A DNA stretch of 64,000 nucleotides, taken from the NCBI GenBank assembly GCA_012295275.1, contig CM022670.1, forward strand, positions 26,846,001 through 26,910,000, given 5' to 3'. Each line of letters begins with the position of its first letter. The first letter of the stretch is position 1. The notes beneath the pieces were generated by a model. It ran no database searches and was not told where the DNA came from. It was given only the letters and a program-made list of their open reading frames with translations. Made by a program: the position numbers and the translations under genes. Below, piece after piece: positions 63,101-64,000 of this stretch. Source of the stretch: Chrysomallon squamiferum. Taxonomy: Eukaryota; Animalia; Mollusca.

Positions 63101-63416
63101 ATAAAGTTTAATTTTTATTCACAAGACTGCGAAGCCAATGTAACTGTTTATTTGCATTACTTAATACAGTAATAATTTAATTAATTGTTGATATTAAAGT
63201 ATTAACTAGTACCATTAATAATAATACTTCTTTATTACTATATTATATAATTATAATATTACTTATTTATTAGTACTAATATAATAGTATTAATAAAAAT
63301 AATATTATTTTGAATGCTTTTATACCTTGTTTTATAACAACAATACTGCGTGCAGCAACCATATCGCAAGCTGTTAAAACAAAATCTTTTCCCTGAATAC
63401 CTATAAGGAACTCCAT
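60158..63416 (-). CDS. PSMB2: Proteasome subunit beta type-2 (beta4), 210 aa
   Basis: Exons 63326-63416, 62853-62975, 62461-62531, 61181-61343, 60714-60763 and 60158-60292 (633 nt). Motifs [65 protein letters not shown] and [10 protein letters not shown]. Confidence 0.96.
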
Positions 63417-63485
63417 GTCTGAAAATTATAAATTCTATTCTGAAATGCACTGCTCGAAATTTAGGGTGAGAAAGCAATTTGTTAG

Positions 63486-63495
63486 ACTTCCGGTT
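63486..63495 (-). promoter_or_regulatory. ETS site upstream of PSMB2
   Basis: ACTTCCGGTT, 70 nt upstream of the ATG; the same 10-mer, in the same orientation, lies upstream of SPTLC1. Confidence 0.5.
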
Positions 63496-63740
63496 TTTTT
63501 AATTTTATTTATTAGACTCGCAGTGAATAACATGATTTCATTGCTAAAACTAAAATAAAGCAATTATAATTTTATATTCACAATGGTATAAAAAATATAT
63601 TATTTATGAAATTATCGAATGCAGTATATTGAATATAATTGCTTATTTAGATTTTTATTTTTCTCTACTGATGTCACATCTAAATAATTAATTACAAAAT
63701 CCAATATCACATTTGTTCCGAAACGATAGAATCCTATATC

Positions 63741-63745
<5 letters not shown>

Positions 63746-63793
<48 letters not shown>

Positions 63794-63810
63794 CAACAAC
63801 AACAACAACA
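63746..63810. repeat. (AC)n followed by (AAC)n microsatellite
   Basis: Seen directly. Confidence 0.92.
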
Positions 63811-64000
63811 CAAAAATACACACACCAAAAAAAAAAAAAAAAAAAGCAAACAAACACGTAAGTATAATAACAAATAAAATATATTGATTATTTCTAGTTA
63901 TATTATTATTATTATTATTCGTTTTCAGTCAGTTGTTTAAAATATACTTTATAAAATAAAATTAAAATTATTCTATTTGAAAAAAGAGATTAAATTAAAC

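Noticed and set aside
1-64000. tRNA, rRNA, snoRNA, SECIS elements or U12-type introns
   Set aside because: None recognisable by eye; an Infernal/tRNAscan-SE run would be needed to exclude small RNAs.

Overview
AT-rich, intron-rich animal genomic DNA. It looks like a lophotrochozoan, probably a gastropod mollusc; that assignment is an inference from gene sequences and repeats. Ten protein-coding loci can be built by hand from splice sites and reading-frame phase: SPTLC1 (-, 3' part runs off the window), an unrecognised 680-aa single-coding-exon gene (-), COA7 (+), histone H2A.X (+), CMPK1 (-), STIL (+), MED26 (-), TMEM69 (+, split by a frameshift), TCEANC2 (+) and PSMB2 (-). The window also holds three small DNA-transposon remnants (MITEs) with visible TIRs/TSDs, decayed SINE-like fragments and microsatellites. 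Most notable: (1) the orphan 680-aa protein has a duplicated C-terminal helical module reminiscent of MORC C-termini and ET-domain-binding-like motifs; (2) CMPK1 and STIL lie head-to-head as in human, among several genes whose human orthologs map to 1p32-34; (3) H2A.X has a Cys in the L1 loop and a possible downstream exon that could replace its SQEY tail; (4) MED26 needs a GC-AG intron; (5) CMPK1 has an AUG-less, presequence-like in-frame extension; (6) TMEM69 is frameshifted. No database search was run; all family calls rest on recognised motifs.
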